Positions 8,531-17,024 of a stretch of 44,267 nucleotides of DNA are shown piece by piece. Below the pieces are notes generated by a model. It was not told where the DNA came from and made no database searches. It was given only the letters and a program-made list of their open reading frames with translations. Position 1 is the stretch's first letter; each line of letters opens with the position of its first letter. The position numbers and the translations under genes are program-made. Source of the stretch: Candidatus Woesearchaeota archaeon (lineage in GTDB: Archaea > Nanobdellota > Nanobdellia > Pacearchaeales > GW2011-AR1); NCBI GenBank assembly GCA_964372815.1, contig CAYJSG010000001.1, positions 1 to 44,267 on the forward strand, given 5' to 3'.

Positions 8531-10351
8531 ATGAAACTTGCAGATTATGTTATAAATTTTTTGGCGGAAAGAGGGATAAAAGATATTTTTGTTGTTTATG
8601 GTGCAGCAAATGGTGATTTAATTGACGCTTTTACAAGAACTAATAAAGTAAAATATGTTGCGGTAATGCACGAACAGGCAGGAGGATTTGCTGCTGAAGG
8701 ATATGCAAAAATTAAAGGCTATGCTGGAGCTGCTATTGCGACTAGTGGTCCCGGTGGTATGAATTTAGTTACTCCTATAGGAAACTGCTATTATGATTCT
8801 GTACCCTGTATTTTCTTAACTGGACAGGTAAAGACTAAATATCAGAGACCTGATCCAAGTGTGAGGCAAGTGGGATTTCAGGAGACAGATATAGTTGGAA
8901 TAGTTAAACCTATAACTAAATATGCAAAGATGATTAGAAAACCTGAAGAAATAAAGTATGAACTTGAAAAAGCCTGGTATCTCGCACATGAAGGAAGGCA
9001 AGGCCCTGTTCTTCTGGATTTACCTATAGATATTCAGAAAGCGGTAATTGAACCTGAAAAATTGAAAGGATTTGATAGTGAAAATGAAAAAAGAATTTTT
9101 GATTTGGGAACAATTGACGAAAAAATCAGTAAATATCTGGCTGATTTAACTAATGCAAAAAGGCCTGTTATATTTATTGGGGGAGGTATAAGAAGTGCCG
9201 GAGCTATTGATGAATTGTTAAAGATTGGAGAAATCTTGAAGATGCCATTAATTCCGACATGGAATGCTTTAGATATTGTAACTTCTGATCATTATTATTA
9301 TGCTGGAAGAGTTGGGACTTATGGTGGTCGGGGAAGAAATTTTGTCATCCAAAATTCTGATTTACTTTTGGCTATAGGGACAAGAATTTCTGGCAGGATT
9401 ACAGGAGCAAAAATAAAAGAATTTGCAAGAGCTGCAAAAAAGTATGTTATAGATATTGATGAGGCTAATCTTAGATACCAGTCATTTCCTATTGACGAAC
9501 CTGTCGTATGTGATGCTAAAATATTCTTAGAAAGACTATTGAGAAAACTAGAGAACTATAAGGTGCCTGATTTTTCATGGTGGATGAATAAGGTTATTGA
9601 ATGGAGAGAAAAATATGATCCTGTTAAGCCAGAATATTATGAACAAAAAGAATATGCAAATCCTTATGTTTTTTACAGAATATTGTCTGAAGAGATGAAA
9701 GAAGGAGATATTTTAGTAGGGGATTGTGGAGGCAATATAGTTATTAGTAACCATGCTTTTGAAACAAAAAAAGGGCAGAGAACAATAACCAACAATGGAA
9801 ATTCTCCCATGGGCTTTTCTTTTTCTGGAGCAATGGGAGCGTGGCTGGCCTCTGATAAAAAACATAATGTTGTTTGTACTATAGGTGATGGTGGTTTTAA
9901 CATGAATATACAAGAGTTGCAAACAATTCTTAATTATGGCCTTGCTTTCAAGACCTTTATTGTGAACAATCATGTTTATGGAATTACAAAAGCTTTTCAG
10001 AGAACTAATTTTGAAGGAAGAATGGAGGCTTGTGGACCAGTAGGGTATAATCCTCCTGATTTTTTGAAAATATGTGAAGCTTATGGAATAAAAACTTTTA
10101 AAATAAAAAATAATTCTGAAATAAGAGAAACTATAAAAGCTGTATTAGATTATGAAGGGCCTGTTGTCTGTGATTTAGACTGCCATGAATGGTGTTATTA
10201 TATTCCAAGAGTTTATGGAGATACTGTTATAGAAGATATGTATCCTTTACTACCTAGAGAGGAATTTAGGGCGAATATGTTTATTGACCCTGTTCCTGGT
10301 TGGGGGGATGCAAAAAATCCTGTAGCTGAAAAGATTCCTTCGGCAGAATAG
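8531..10351 (+). CDS. Thiamine-diphosphate-dependent enzyme, acetolactate synthase large-subunit family (IlvB/YerE-like)
   Basis: N-terminal HEQAGGFAAEGYAK and SGPGGMNLV. ThDP motif IGDGGFNMNIQELQT...FIVNNHVYG (GDG...NN). Three-domain length of 606 aa. Confidence 0.85.
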   Translation: MKLADYVINFLAERGIKDIFVVYGAANGDLIDAFTRTNKVKYVAVMHEQAGGFAAEGYAKIKGYAGAAIATSGPGGMNLVTPIGNCYYDSVPCIFLTGQVKTKYQRPDPSVRQVGFQETDIVGIVKPITKYAKMIRKPEEIKYELEKAWYLAHEGRQGPVLLDLPIDIQKAVIEPEKLKGFDSENEKRIFDLGTIDEKISKYLADLTNAKRPVIFIGGGIRSAGAIDELLKIGEILKMPLIPTWNALDIVTSDHYYYAGRVGTYGGRGRNFVIQNSDLLLAIGTRISGRITGAKIKEFARAAKKYVIDIDEANLRYQSFPIDEPVVCDAKIFLERLLRKLENYKVPDFSWWMNKVIEWREKYDPVKPEYYEQKEYANPYVFYRILSEEMKEGDILVGDCGGNIVISNHAFETKKGQRTITNNGNSPMGFSFSGAMGAWLASDKKHNVVCTIGDGGFNMNIQELQTILNYGLAFKTFIVNNHVYGITKAFQRTNFEGRMEACGPVGYNPPDFLKICEAYGIKTFKIKNNSEIRETIKAVLDYEGPVVCDLDCHEWCYYIPRVYGDTVIEDMYPLLPREEFRANMFIDPVPGWGDAKNPVAEKIPSAE

Positions 10352-10937
10352 TATCCTGCTGAATTTTATTATTTAAAAGAATCTTTTCTATTTTTCTAAT
10401 TAAGCTTGATGCTCCTTTAGCTATTCTTTTCTTTATTATTTCTGATTTTTCTGTATCAAAGATTATATGAGAGACATGATTTACTCCTGGAAATTTGAAA
10501 TCTTCATCTATTTCCTCCCATAATTTCTCAATTCTGTCGTAAACTTCAGGGGCTCTTGGATCTGATAATAGGCTGTCTGTTATTGGGCGATTTCTCATTC
10601 TTGTCTTAGATTCATTTTCAGAACAAACACATTCCAAGGTTATTACGTCAATCCCAAAGGCAGAGGCAACTCCATAAAGCTGCTGTCTTCTAAAACCATG
10701 CCTATGACCACTTTCTACTATTGCGCCTTTCCCTAAATTAAGATATTGGGCTGTTAGCCTGTCTATTTTTCTTAAAATTAAGTCCTGATTTTTGGGCATT
10801 CTTTTCATGCCGTGTTCCCGTCTCAAGTTATTTTGATCTATAAGAATGTAGTTATCAAGATTATTAATTAAGGTAGAAGCGGTAGTTGTTTTACCTGTTC
10901 CTGGAAGTCCTGCGATTAGTATAAGATAATGTTTCAT
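10281..10937 (-). CDS. P-loop NTPase / small-molecule kinase-like protein
   Basis: Walker A motif LIAGLPGTGKTT at the N-terminus, 218 aa. Its 3' end overlaps the convergent ThDP gene by 71 nt. Confidence 0.6.
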   Translation of the reverse strand: MKHYLILIAGLPGTGKTTTASTLINNLDNYILIDQNNLRREHGMKRMPKNQDLILRKIDRLTAQYLNLGKGAIVESGHRHGFRRQQLYGVASAFGIDVITLECVCSENESKTRMRNRPITDSLLSDPRAPEVYDRIEKLWEEIDEDFKFPGVNHVSHIIFDTEKSEIIKKRIAKGASSLIRKIEKILLNNKIQQDTILPKESFQLQDFLHPPNQEQGQ

Positions 10938-11021
10938 GAAATAGATTAGCTTCTAATTGTTAAAAGGTTTTCGGTATTATATTTTAATTATATTTATAAG
11001 GAATGAAATTTTTTGCTCTGA

Positions 11022-11678
11022 ATGAATGAAAAATTTAATGGAATAAAAGCAGTCGGATTTGATTTAGACCAGACTTTATATGAGGCGGATGAAAAAATTA
11101 ATTCCAAAATAAGAATTGAAGTGGCGAAAGTAGTGTTGAAGAAGATGCCTAATTTAAAAAATATTGAAAGGGCAATGGAATTTGTTGAGAATATGTATAA
11201 GGAAATTGGGAGTAGAACTCTTACACTGAGATCTTTAGGGTTTAAAGATGCTGAAAATGTTATATATGAATGTTTCACTAAAGCTGATTTTGTTGACTTA
11301 CTTAAAAGAGATGATAAACTTGTAAGTGTTTTATCTAATCTTAAAAATAGATATGTGACCTTTCTCATTACAGGAACGCCTAAAGATTTAGCCATACCAA
11401 GATTAAGAAAACTGGGGCTTGATCTAAATTTGTTTGATAAAGTTGTTTTTGGGGATAGTAATTTAAATGTAAAAAAAATTGATGGGAGCATGTTTAAATA
11501 TTTTTTAGAACAGTCTATATATAAGGCCATTGAACATGTTTATGTTGGAGATAGTTTAAAAGCTGATATAATTCCTGCTAAATTGGTTGGAATGAAAACT
11601 ATTGCAGTAGGAAGGATAATTGATGAAGCTGATTTTTCAATTGATAAAATATATGAAATTGAAAAACTCTTATTGTAG
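11022..11678 (+). CDS. HAD-superfamily hydrolase/phosphatase
   Basis: Motif I FDLDQTLY, motif II ITGTP, motif IV VGDSLKADI. Confidence 0.7.
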   Translation: MNEKFNGIKAVGFDLDQTLYEADEKINSKIRIEVAKVVLKKMPNLKNIERAMEFVENMYKEIGSRTLTLRSLGFKDAENVIYECFTKADFVDLLKRDDKLVSVLSNLKNRYVTFLITGTPKDLAIPRLRKLGLDLNLFDKVVFGDSNLNVKKIDGSMFKYFLEQSIYKAIEHVYVGDSLKADIIPAKLVGMKTIAVGRIIDEADFSIDKIYEIEKLLL

Positions 11679-11717
11679 TTTCAGAATGTTTAAATATTTG
11701 ATTATTAAATTAACCTA

Positions 11718-12407
11718 ATGAAAGAAGATTTTGTTTTAATAACTGGCTCAAGTAGAGGATTGGGAAGGGAATTGGCTTTGGTTTTCGCTGAAAATGGCTA
11801 TGGGATAGTTTTGCATGGAAGAAATATTAGTGCATTGAACAATGTTAAAGAGAAAATTTCTAAAATAGGGGCAGAGAGTGTTATTGTAGTTGGCGATATA
11901 AGAGAGGATAATGTTATAGAAGAATTAGTTAATGTGGCAGAAAAGAAAAATATTTCTGTTTTAGTAAACAATGCAGGATCACAGATTTCTGCATTTAAAT
12001 TACCAGTAAATATGTTTGACAGCCATCAAATTGATGAATTAGTTAATGTTCATTTAACTGCCCCGATTAAATTAACAAAGGGAATTTATAGTTTATTTAA
12101 AGAAAAAGGATCTGGAACGATCATTAATATAAATTCTTTAGCTGGATTAGAAAGCCAAGACGGAAGAAGTATATATTGCGCAAGTAAATGGGGTTTGAGG
12201 GGCTTTACAAATACTTTAAGATTGGAGGCTGAAAAAAATAATATATTTGTTATGGGCATTTATCCAAGTAGAATAAAGACAAGGCCTGAATTATCTGCTT
12301 ATGGTTGGGAGACGAGAAAGGTTGCTGAAAATATATACGAAGGTTTTATAAATAAAGAAAAAGATTTAATATTAGATGATAGACCGGAGGAGTTTAAGAA
12401 AAAATGA
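11718..12407 (+). CDS. Short-chain dehydrogenase/reductase (SDR)
   Basis: TGSSRGLG, NNAG and S...YCASK motifs. Full-length paralog of 18..563. Confidence 0.8.
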   Translation: MKEDFVLITGSSRGLGRELALVFAENGYGIVLHGRNISALNNVKEKISKIGAESVIVVGDIREDNVIEELVNVAEKKNISVLVNNAGSQISAFKLPVNMFDSHQIDELVNVHLTAPIKLTKGIYSLFKEKGSGTIININSLAGLESQDGRSIYCASKWGLRGFTNTLRLEAEKNNIFVMGIYPSRIKTRPELSAYGWETRKVAENIYEGFINKEKDLILDDRPEEFKKK

Positions 12408-13378
12408 AAAAAAATGTTTTAGTCTGCGGGGCGACAGGTTTTATTGGAAGAAATGTTGCTGAAGCTTTAGCTAAAAGGGATGACTTAAAAGTTTATGGCA
12501 CTTATTTTGGAAGTGAGCCTTTAAAGAACGAAAAAATAAGAATGATAAAGGCTGATTTGACTATGGATAGATATGTTATAAAAGCCGTTCGAGGAAAGGA
12601 TGTTATCATCCAATGCGCGGCTACCTGTTCCGGATCTAAAGATATATTTGCAAGGCCTTACTATCATTTTGTTGATAATGTTGTAATAAATCCCTTGATA
12701 TTTAGAGCAGCGCATGAAAATAATGTTGAGCAGGTTATATTCCCAAGCTGTACTACAATGTATAATTCTTCTGATAAATTAATTAAAGAGAGTGATGTTG
12801 ATCTGAATAGAGGTGTCCCTGAAAATTATTTTGGGACAGGATGGTCTAAAATCTTGATAGAGAAAGCGTGTGAATTATTTGCTTTAAAGACTCCTAATGG
12901 CAAGACTAAATTTACAGTTTTTAGACATTCGAATATTTATGGACCTTACGATAAATATGATCTTGAAAGATCTCATGTTTTTGGAGCCACAATGACAAAA
13001 GTAATGACTGCTCCTGAAGGTGGAACAGTCCTGGTTTGGGGAACAGGAGAAGAAGAAAGAGACTTATTACATGTTAGTGATATTGTTAGATTTGTTGAAT
13101 TAGCTTTAGAAAAACAAACAACAAAATTTGAACTGGTAAATGTTGGATGTGGGAGCTCTATTTCTGTAGCTAATTTAGTTAAAATGATTATTGAAGTTTC
13201 TGGGAAAAATTTGAAAATTGAATATGATTCTACAAAGCCGACAATTAAAACTAAAATTGCACTGGATTATCTAAAAGCCAAAGAAATTTTTGGTTGGGAG
13301 CCAAAAATTTCTTTAAAAGATGGAATAAAAATGACTTTAGATTGGTATGAGAAGAATATTTTGAAGAGTGAAAGTTAA
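12404..13378 (+). CDS. NAD-dependent sugar epimerase/dehydratase (extended SDR)
   Basis: VCGATGFIGRNV glycine loop, 324 aa. ATGA start/stop overlap with the upstream SDR. Confidence 0.8.
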   Translation: MKKNVLVCGATGFIGRNVAEALAKRDDLKVYGTYFGSEPLKNEKIRMIKADLTMDRYVIKAVRGKDVIIQCAATCSGSKDIFARPYYHFVDNVVINPLIFRAAHENNVEQVIFPSCTTMYNSSDKLIKESDVDLNRGVPENYFGTGWSKILIEKACELFALKTPNGKTKFTVFRHSNIYGPYDKYDLERSHVFGATMTKVMTAPEGGTVLVWGTGEEERDLLHVSDIVRFVELALEKQTTKFELVNVGCGSSISVANLVKMIIEVSGKNLKIEYDSTKPTIKTKIALDYLKAKEIFGWEPKISLKDGIKMTLDWYEKNILKSES

Positions 13379-13417
13379 TTTCTATATACTTTTAAAGGCT
13401 GTGAATTTTGAAGATTT

Positions 13418-14575
13418 ATGAAAATTGCTCATGTTTGCCCTGAATATAGGCCCGCTATAAGTGGTGTTGGGCAGGTTGTAGAAGAGCTTGCTAAAAGGCA
13501 ATTGAAGGCAGGACATGAAGTTCATGTTTTTGCTCCTGACTGGGACAAGAAAAAAAGAATAAGGAAAAAAGAAGAAATTATAGATGGGATTTACATTCAT
13601 AGATGTAAATATATAACAAGAGTTGCAAACTTTGCTACAATATGGCCTAGTGTATTTTTTAGACTTTTAAATGGAAAATTTGATATAATACATAGTCATT
13701 TATTTGGGCATTTACATTTTGTTTTAGCAAGTTACGCGGCTAAAATTTCAGGAGCAAAACATATACATACTACTCATTGTCCTTGGACAGATGCCTTTAG
13801 ATCAATTGCAGGGAGAATAGGAATTTTAGTTAGTTATAATTTATTTAGCAGAGCTGCTTTGAATATAACTGATAAGATAATCGCTATAACTCCATGGGAG
13901 CTTAATTTTATTGAGAGGTATGGGGGAAACAAAAATAAGATTGTAAATATTCCTAATGGAATGGATGAGAAATTTTTTTTAAAAATAAGGGATAATGATT
14001 TTAGGAGTAGAAATGGGATAAAGGTAAAGATGGTCTTGTTTTTTGGTAGATTAAACGTTACAAAGGGGCCTGATAAATTTGTTGAAATCGCTAAATTAGT
14101 TTTGAAAGAAAGAAAAGATATTATTTTTGTTATTCGAGGCCCTGACGAAGGAATGCGAGAAACAGTGAGAAAATTAATTGGAAATGAAAAAAAGATATTG
14201 TTAATGAAAGAAACTAGAGACAGAGAAGAAATAATAAAGATGTACCAATCTGCTGATGTTTTTGTTATGCCCAGCTATCGAGAAGGCCTGCCACTAACTT
14301 TATTTGAGGCATTTGCTTCAAGGTTGCCTATAGTTGCAAGCCCTGTAAATGGTATTCCTTATGAAATGAAAGAGCCTGAAAATGGGTTTTTTGTTAAATA
14401 TGGAGATAATAGAGGTTTTAAAACAAGAGTGCTTCAATTATTGAATGATAATAATTTAAGAAAAAGAATTTCAGAAAATAACTTAAAAAAAGCTAAAAAT
14501 TATCGTTGGGATTTAATTGCTGAAAAAACAGAAGAAATTTATAAGGAAGTTTTGAAGAGAAATTCTTATAAATAA
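13418..14575 (+). CDS. GT-B glycosyltransferase (GT4/Glycos_transf_1-like)
   Basis: N-terminal MKIAHVCPEY...SGVG and C-terminal PSYREGLPLTLFEAFASRLPIVAS (EX7E-type motif). Confidence 0.85.
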   Translation: MKIAHVCPEYRPAISGVGQVVEELAKRQLKAGHEVHVFAPDWDKKKRIRKKEEIIDGIYIHRCKYITRVANFATIWPSVFFRLLNGKFDIIHSHLFGHLHFVLASYAAKISGAKHIHTTHCPWTDAFRSIAGRIGILVSYNLFSRAALNITDKIIAITPWELNFIERYGGNKNKIVNIPNGMDEKFFLKIRDNDFRSRNGIKVKMVLFFGRLNVTKGPDKFVEIAKLVLKERKDIIFVIRGPDEGMRETVRKLIGNEKKILLMKETRDREEIIKMYQSADVFVMPSYREGLPLTLFEAFASRLPIVASPVNGIPYEMKEPENGFFVKYGDNRGFKTRVLQLLNDNNLRKRISENNLKKAKNYRWDLIAEKTEEIYKEVLKRNSYK

Positions 14576-14641
14576 AATGTTGTTTGTATATTAGAAGAGG
14601 AAGACAGATGTTAAATATATAAGAAAAATAAATAAGGTAAA

Positions 14642-15208
14642 ATGATAAAGGAATATTATTATGAAAATGGGAAAAAAGTTGATAATAGTAAATTGCAAAC
14701 TGGAAAAATTCCTCTAGAGGATTATAAGATTGTGCATAAAGCAAGTATTATTTGTTGTCACGATGTGTTTATAACTTATAATGGAGGAATTTTATTAGTC
14801 ACAAGAGATAATCTGCCTGCAAAGGACGTTTTATGGCCTGTCGGCGGGAGAATTCAAAGAGGATTTTCTATAGAGGAATCTTTGAAGAAAAAGGCACTGG
14901 AAGAGTGTGGTCTAGAGTTAGCTAATTTAATTAATTTAGGCATAGCAAGAACAACATTTCAGACAGATCCTTTTGGACATAGAAAAGGAACAGATAGTTT
15001 AAATATTGCATATTTTGCTGTCGGAAAAGGGAAATTAAAATTAGATAATTTACATAAAAATCCTGTGATTATTGTTCCTAAAGGAACTAAAACTGATAAG
15101 ATTAAAGGAAATATAGAATTTATTGAATATAGCGATACATTAAAAGAAAAGCTTGAGCCATATGTTAGTGATTTTTTGGAGTTTGCTATTGAATGTTTGA
15201 AAAGGTAG
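14642..15208 (+). CDS. Nudix hydrolase (GDP-mannose mannosyl hydrolase-like)
   Basis: Nudix box GGRIQRGFSIEESLKKKALEECGL. It sits inside the sugar cluster. Confidence 0.7.
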   Translation: MIKEYYYENGKKVDNSKLQTGKIPLEDYKIVHKASIICCHDVFITYNGGILLVTRDNLPAKDVLWPVGGRIQRGFSIEESLKKKALEECGLELANLINLGIARTTFQTDPFGHRKGTDSLNIAYFAVGKGKLKLDNLHKNPVIIVPKGTKTDKIKGNIEFIEYSDTLKEKLEPYVSDFLEFAIECLKR

Positions 15209-15254
15209 AACATAGTTTAAGAAAACATTTAAATTGATTATTTTAAAAAAAGAT

Positions 15255-16133
15255 ATGATAAGTGTAATCATAACTGCTTTTAAAGAGCCTAGAACTATAG
15301 GCAAGGCTGTTTTGTCTTTTATTAGGGAAATGAGAGGTAAAAAAGGAGAGATAATTGTTGTTGCTCCTGATAATGAAACTTTAAATGCGGCTGGAAAGTT
15401 TAAGAGAAGGTTTAGAAATCTAAGATTAATTAAAGATTCAGGAAAGGGCAAATCTGCTGCTTTAAATTTATCTGTCTCTCGTGCTCTAGGGGATATCTTA
15501 GTTTTTAGCGATGGAGATGTTTTTATTGGAAATAATGCACTTAAATTTATTTTAAAGGAGTTTAATGATGAAAAGATCGGCGCTGTTTCGGGTAGACCTA
15601 TTTCTATTAATGAGAAGAACAATAAATATGGATTCTGGAGTTTTGTTTTAACTGATGTTGCTGATAAAAGAAGAAAACGGGCTTTTGGGTTTGGAAAAAG
15701 ATTTTTTTGCTCTGGATATTTATTTGCTATAAGAAAGAATTTATTTCCTAAATTAATTGAAGAACTGCTTTCTGAAGATGGTTTTATTTCGCATAAAGTT
15801 TATGAGCAAGGATTTAGAATAGCTTATACTGATAATGCTTTAGTCTATGTTAAATATCCTTCAAATTTAAAGGACTGGATCAAACAAAAAAGGAGAAGTG
15901 CGGGGGGTTATAATCAGTTGAGAAAGTTATTAAATGTCGAAATAAGGTCCTTTAAAAAAGAATCTCTTGGAATTTTGGATTTCATACAATATATAAAAAG
16001 CTTTAGAGAATTTATTTGGATAGTTAATCTGTTTTTATCTAGGGTTTATTTATGGTTTTTAATTTATAAGGATGTTAATATAAAGAAGAAAAAAAGAGAA
16101 GAATTATGGGCAAGAGTTGAAAGCACTAAATAA
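15255..16133 (+). CDS. GT2-family glycosyltransferase
   Basis: ISVIITAFKEP..., GKSAALN and FSDGDV (DxD) motifs. ATG at 15255 is preferred over the upstream TTG at 15234. Confidence 0.75.
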   Translation: MISVIITAFKEPRTIGKAVLSFIREMRGKKGEIIVVAPDNETLNAAGKFKRRFRNLRLIKDSGKGKSAALNLSVSRALGDILVFSDGDVFIGNNALKFILKEFNDEKIGAVSGRPISINEKNNKYGFWSFVLTDVADKRRKRAFGFGKRFFCSGYLFAIRKNLFPKLIEELLSEDGFISHKVYEQGFRIAYTDNALVYVKYPSNLKDWIKQKRRSAGGYNQLRKLLNVEIRSFKKESLGILDFIQYIKSFREFIWIVNLFLSRVYLWFLIYKDVNIKKKKREELWARVESTK

Positions 16134-16164
16134 ATACGAATGTGCAAAACCTTAGATTTATATT

Positions 16165-16884
16165 TTATTCTTCTATTAAATCGTCAAGGCTTGCCCTTTC
16201 TGTAAAGTTATTAATATTTAAAATTCTCAAAAGTCTATTCAATCTCTCTCCTCTTGGAATCGTTCTACCTTGAAGGTAAAATAAAACTGCTCGTTTAGTG
16301 ACGCCTAATTTTTTAGCCAACCCTAATCTAGTTTGACCTAACCCCTTTAACCCCTTTTTAACTAAACGATTAAATCTTCTATTTTCCTTTCTTTGCATTC
16401 TCTGTCTTGCTTGATAACTTTTGTATTCACTATGAGATTCATATAACTTGTTTGTTGTTGGATTAGTTTTTTGTCTTGCCAGATAATCTAAATATTCTCT
16501 TTTGGATCTAAATTTCCTATGTGTATGTGGATTAGTTTTTTGTCTTGCTTGATAGTCATATAATTCTTCTAAAGATCCAAATCGTTTACCTGTTTCTGGA
16601 TTATACCTCTGTCTTGCTTGATAACTTAAAAGTTCGCTATAAGACTTATATGGTTGGTTTGTTTCTGGATTAGTTTCTTGTCTTGCTAGATTGTTCTTAT
16701 ATTCACTATAAGACTTATATGGCCTGCCTGTTGCTGGATTAATTCTTTGTTTTAACTTAGTCATACTATAGACTGAAGTCTCTGAAACTCCAGTTTGCCT
16801 AGCTATCTTTCTGGACCCTTGACCTTCTTTATACAATCTTTGAATTTCTACTCTCTTCTCTTCAGATATTCTTCTTCGCATCAT
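16165..16884 (-). CDS. DNA-binding protein with N- and C-terminal helix-turn-helix domains flanking five 23-aa tandem repeats
   Basis: N-terminal IQRLYKEGQGSRKIARQTGVSETSV (resolvase/transposase-type HTH). C-terminal TRLGLAKKLGVTKRAVLFYLQG (XRE-type HTH). The middle has 5x NPxTxxx[YF]xSxxE[YL]xx[YN][QL]ARQxx. Confidence 0.6.
   Translation of the reverse strand: MMRRRISEEKRVEIQRLYKEGQGSRKIARQTGVSETSVYSMTKLKQRINPATGRPYKSYSEYKNNLARQETNPETNQPYKSYSELLSYQARQRYNPETGKRFGSLEELYDYQARQKTNPHTHRKFRSKREYLDYLARQKTNPTTNKLYESHSEYKSYQARQRMQRKENRRFNRLVKKGLKGLGQTRLGLAKKLGVTKRAVLFYLQGRTIPRGERLNRLLRILNINNFTERASLDDLIEE
16396..16740 (-). repeat. Five in-frame tandem 69-nt (23-codon) diverged repeats inside the HTH protein gene
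   Basis: Protein residues 49-163. The recurrent DNA string tgtcttgc(t/c)(t/a)gata is visible on the + strand about every 69 nt. Confidence 0.8.
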
Positions 16885-17024
16885 TTTGAATAGAATGTAA
16901 ACTTTTTAAAGTTATTGTTATCTTGTAATTATCTAGTAGTTAATATAACTTCTATAGATGATGACTTAATTGGCGCAGAATCTATGATAGAAATAAATAA
17001 AAAGAAGGTTCTTTATCATATTTA

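Noticed and set aside
7176-10351. Phosphonate pathway (PEP mutase plus phosphonopyruvate decarboxylase) as a reading of the ICL/PEPM-superfamily plus ThDP gene pair
   Set aside because: The 287-aa protein carries canonical PanB blocks (TAYD, LVGDS, DMPF, KLEGG, GHIGYTPQ) rather than PEP mutase motifs. The ThDP enzyme is a three-domain ALS-type protein of 606 aa, not a short Ppd.
10994-11530. 178-aa minus-strand ORF opposite the HAD hydrolase
   Set aside because: It lies entirely antisense to a gene with clear HAD motifs. It has low-complexity S/L/F/K composition and no motifs, as expected for an AT-rich shadow ORF.
18-13378. Inverted duplication (SDR plus epimerase at both ends) as the boundaries of a mobile island
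   Set aside because: Only the SDR proteins are close paralogs. The adjacent epimerases are distant from each other, the gene order within the pairs differs, and no nucleotide-level inverted repeats or integrase were seen.
15140-15622. 160-aa minus-strand ORF overlapping the Nudix and GT2 genes
   Set aside because: It is antisense to two motif-bearing genes and has shadow-ORF composition (L/S/F/I/K).
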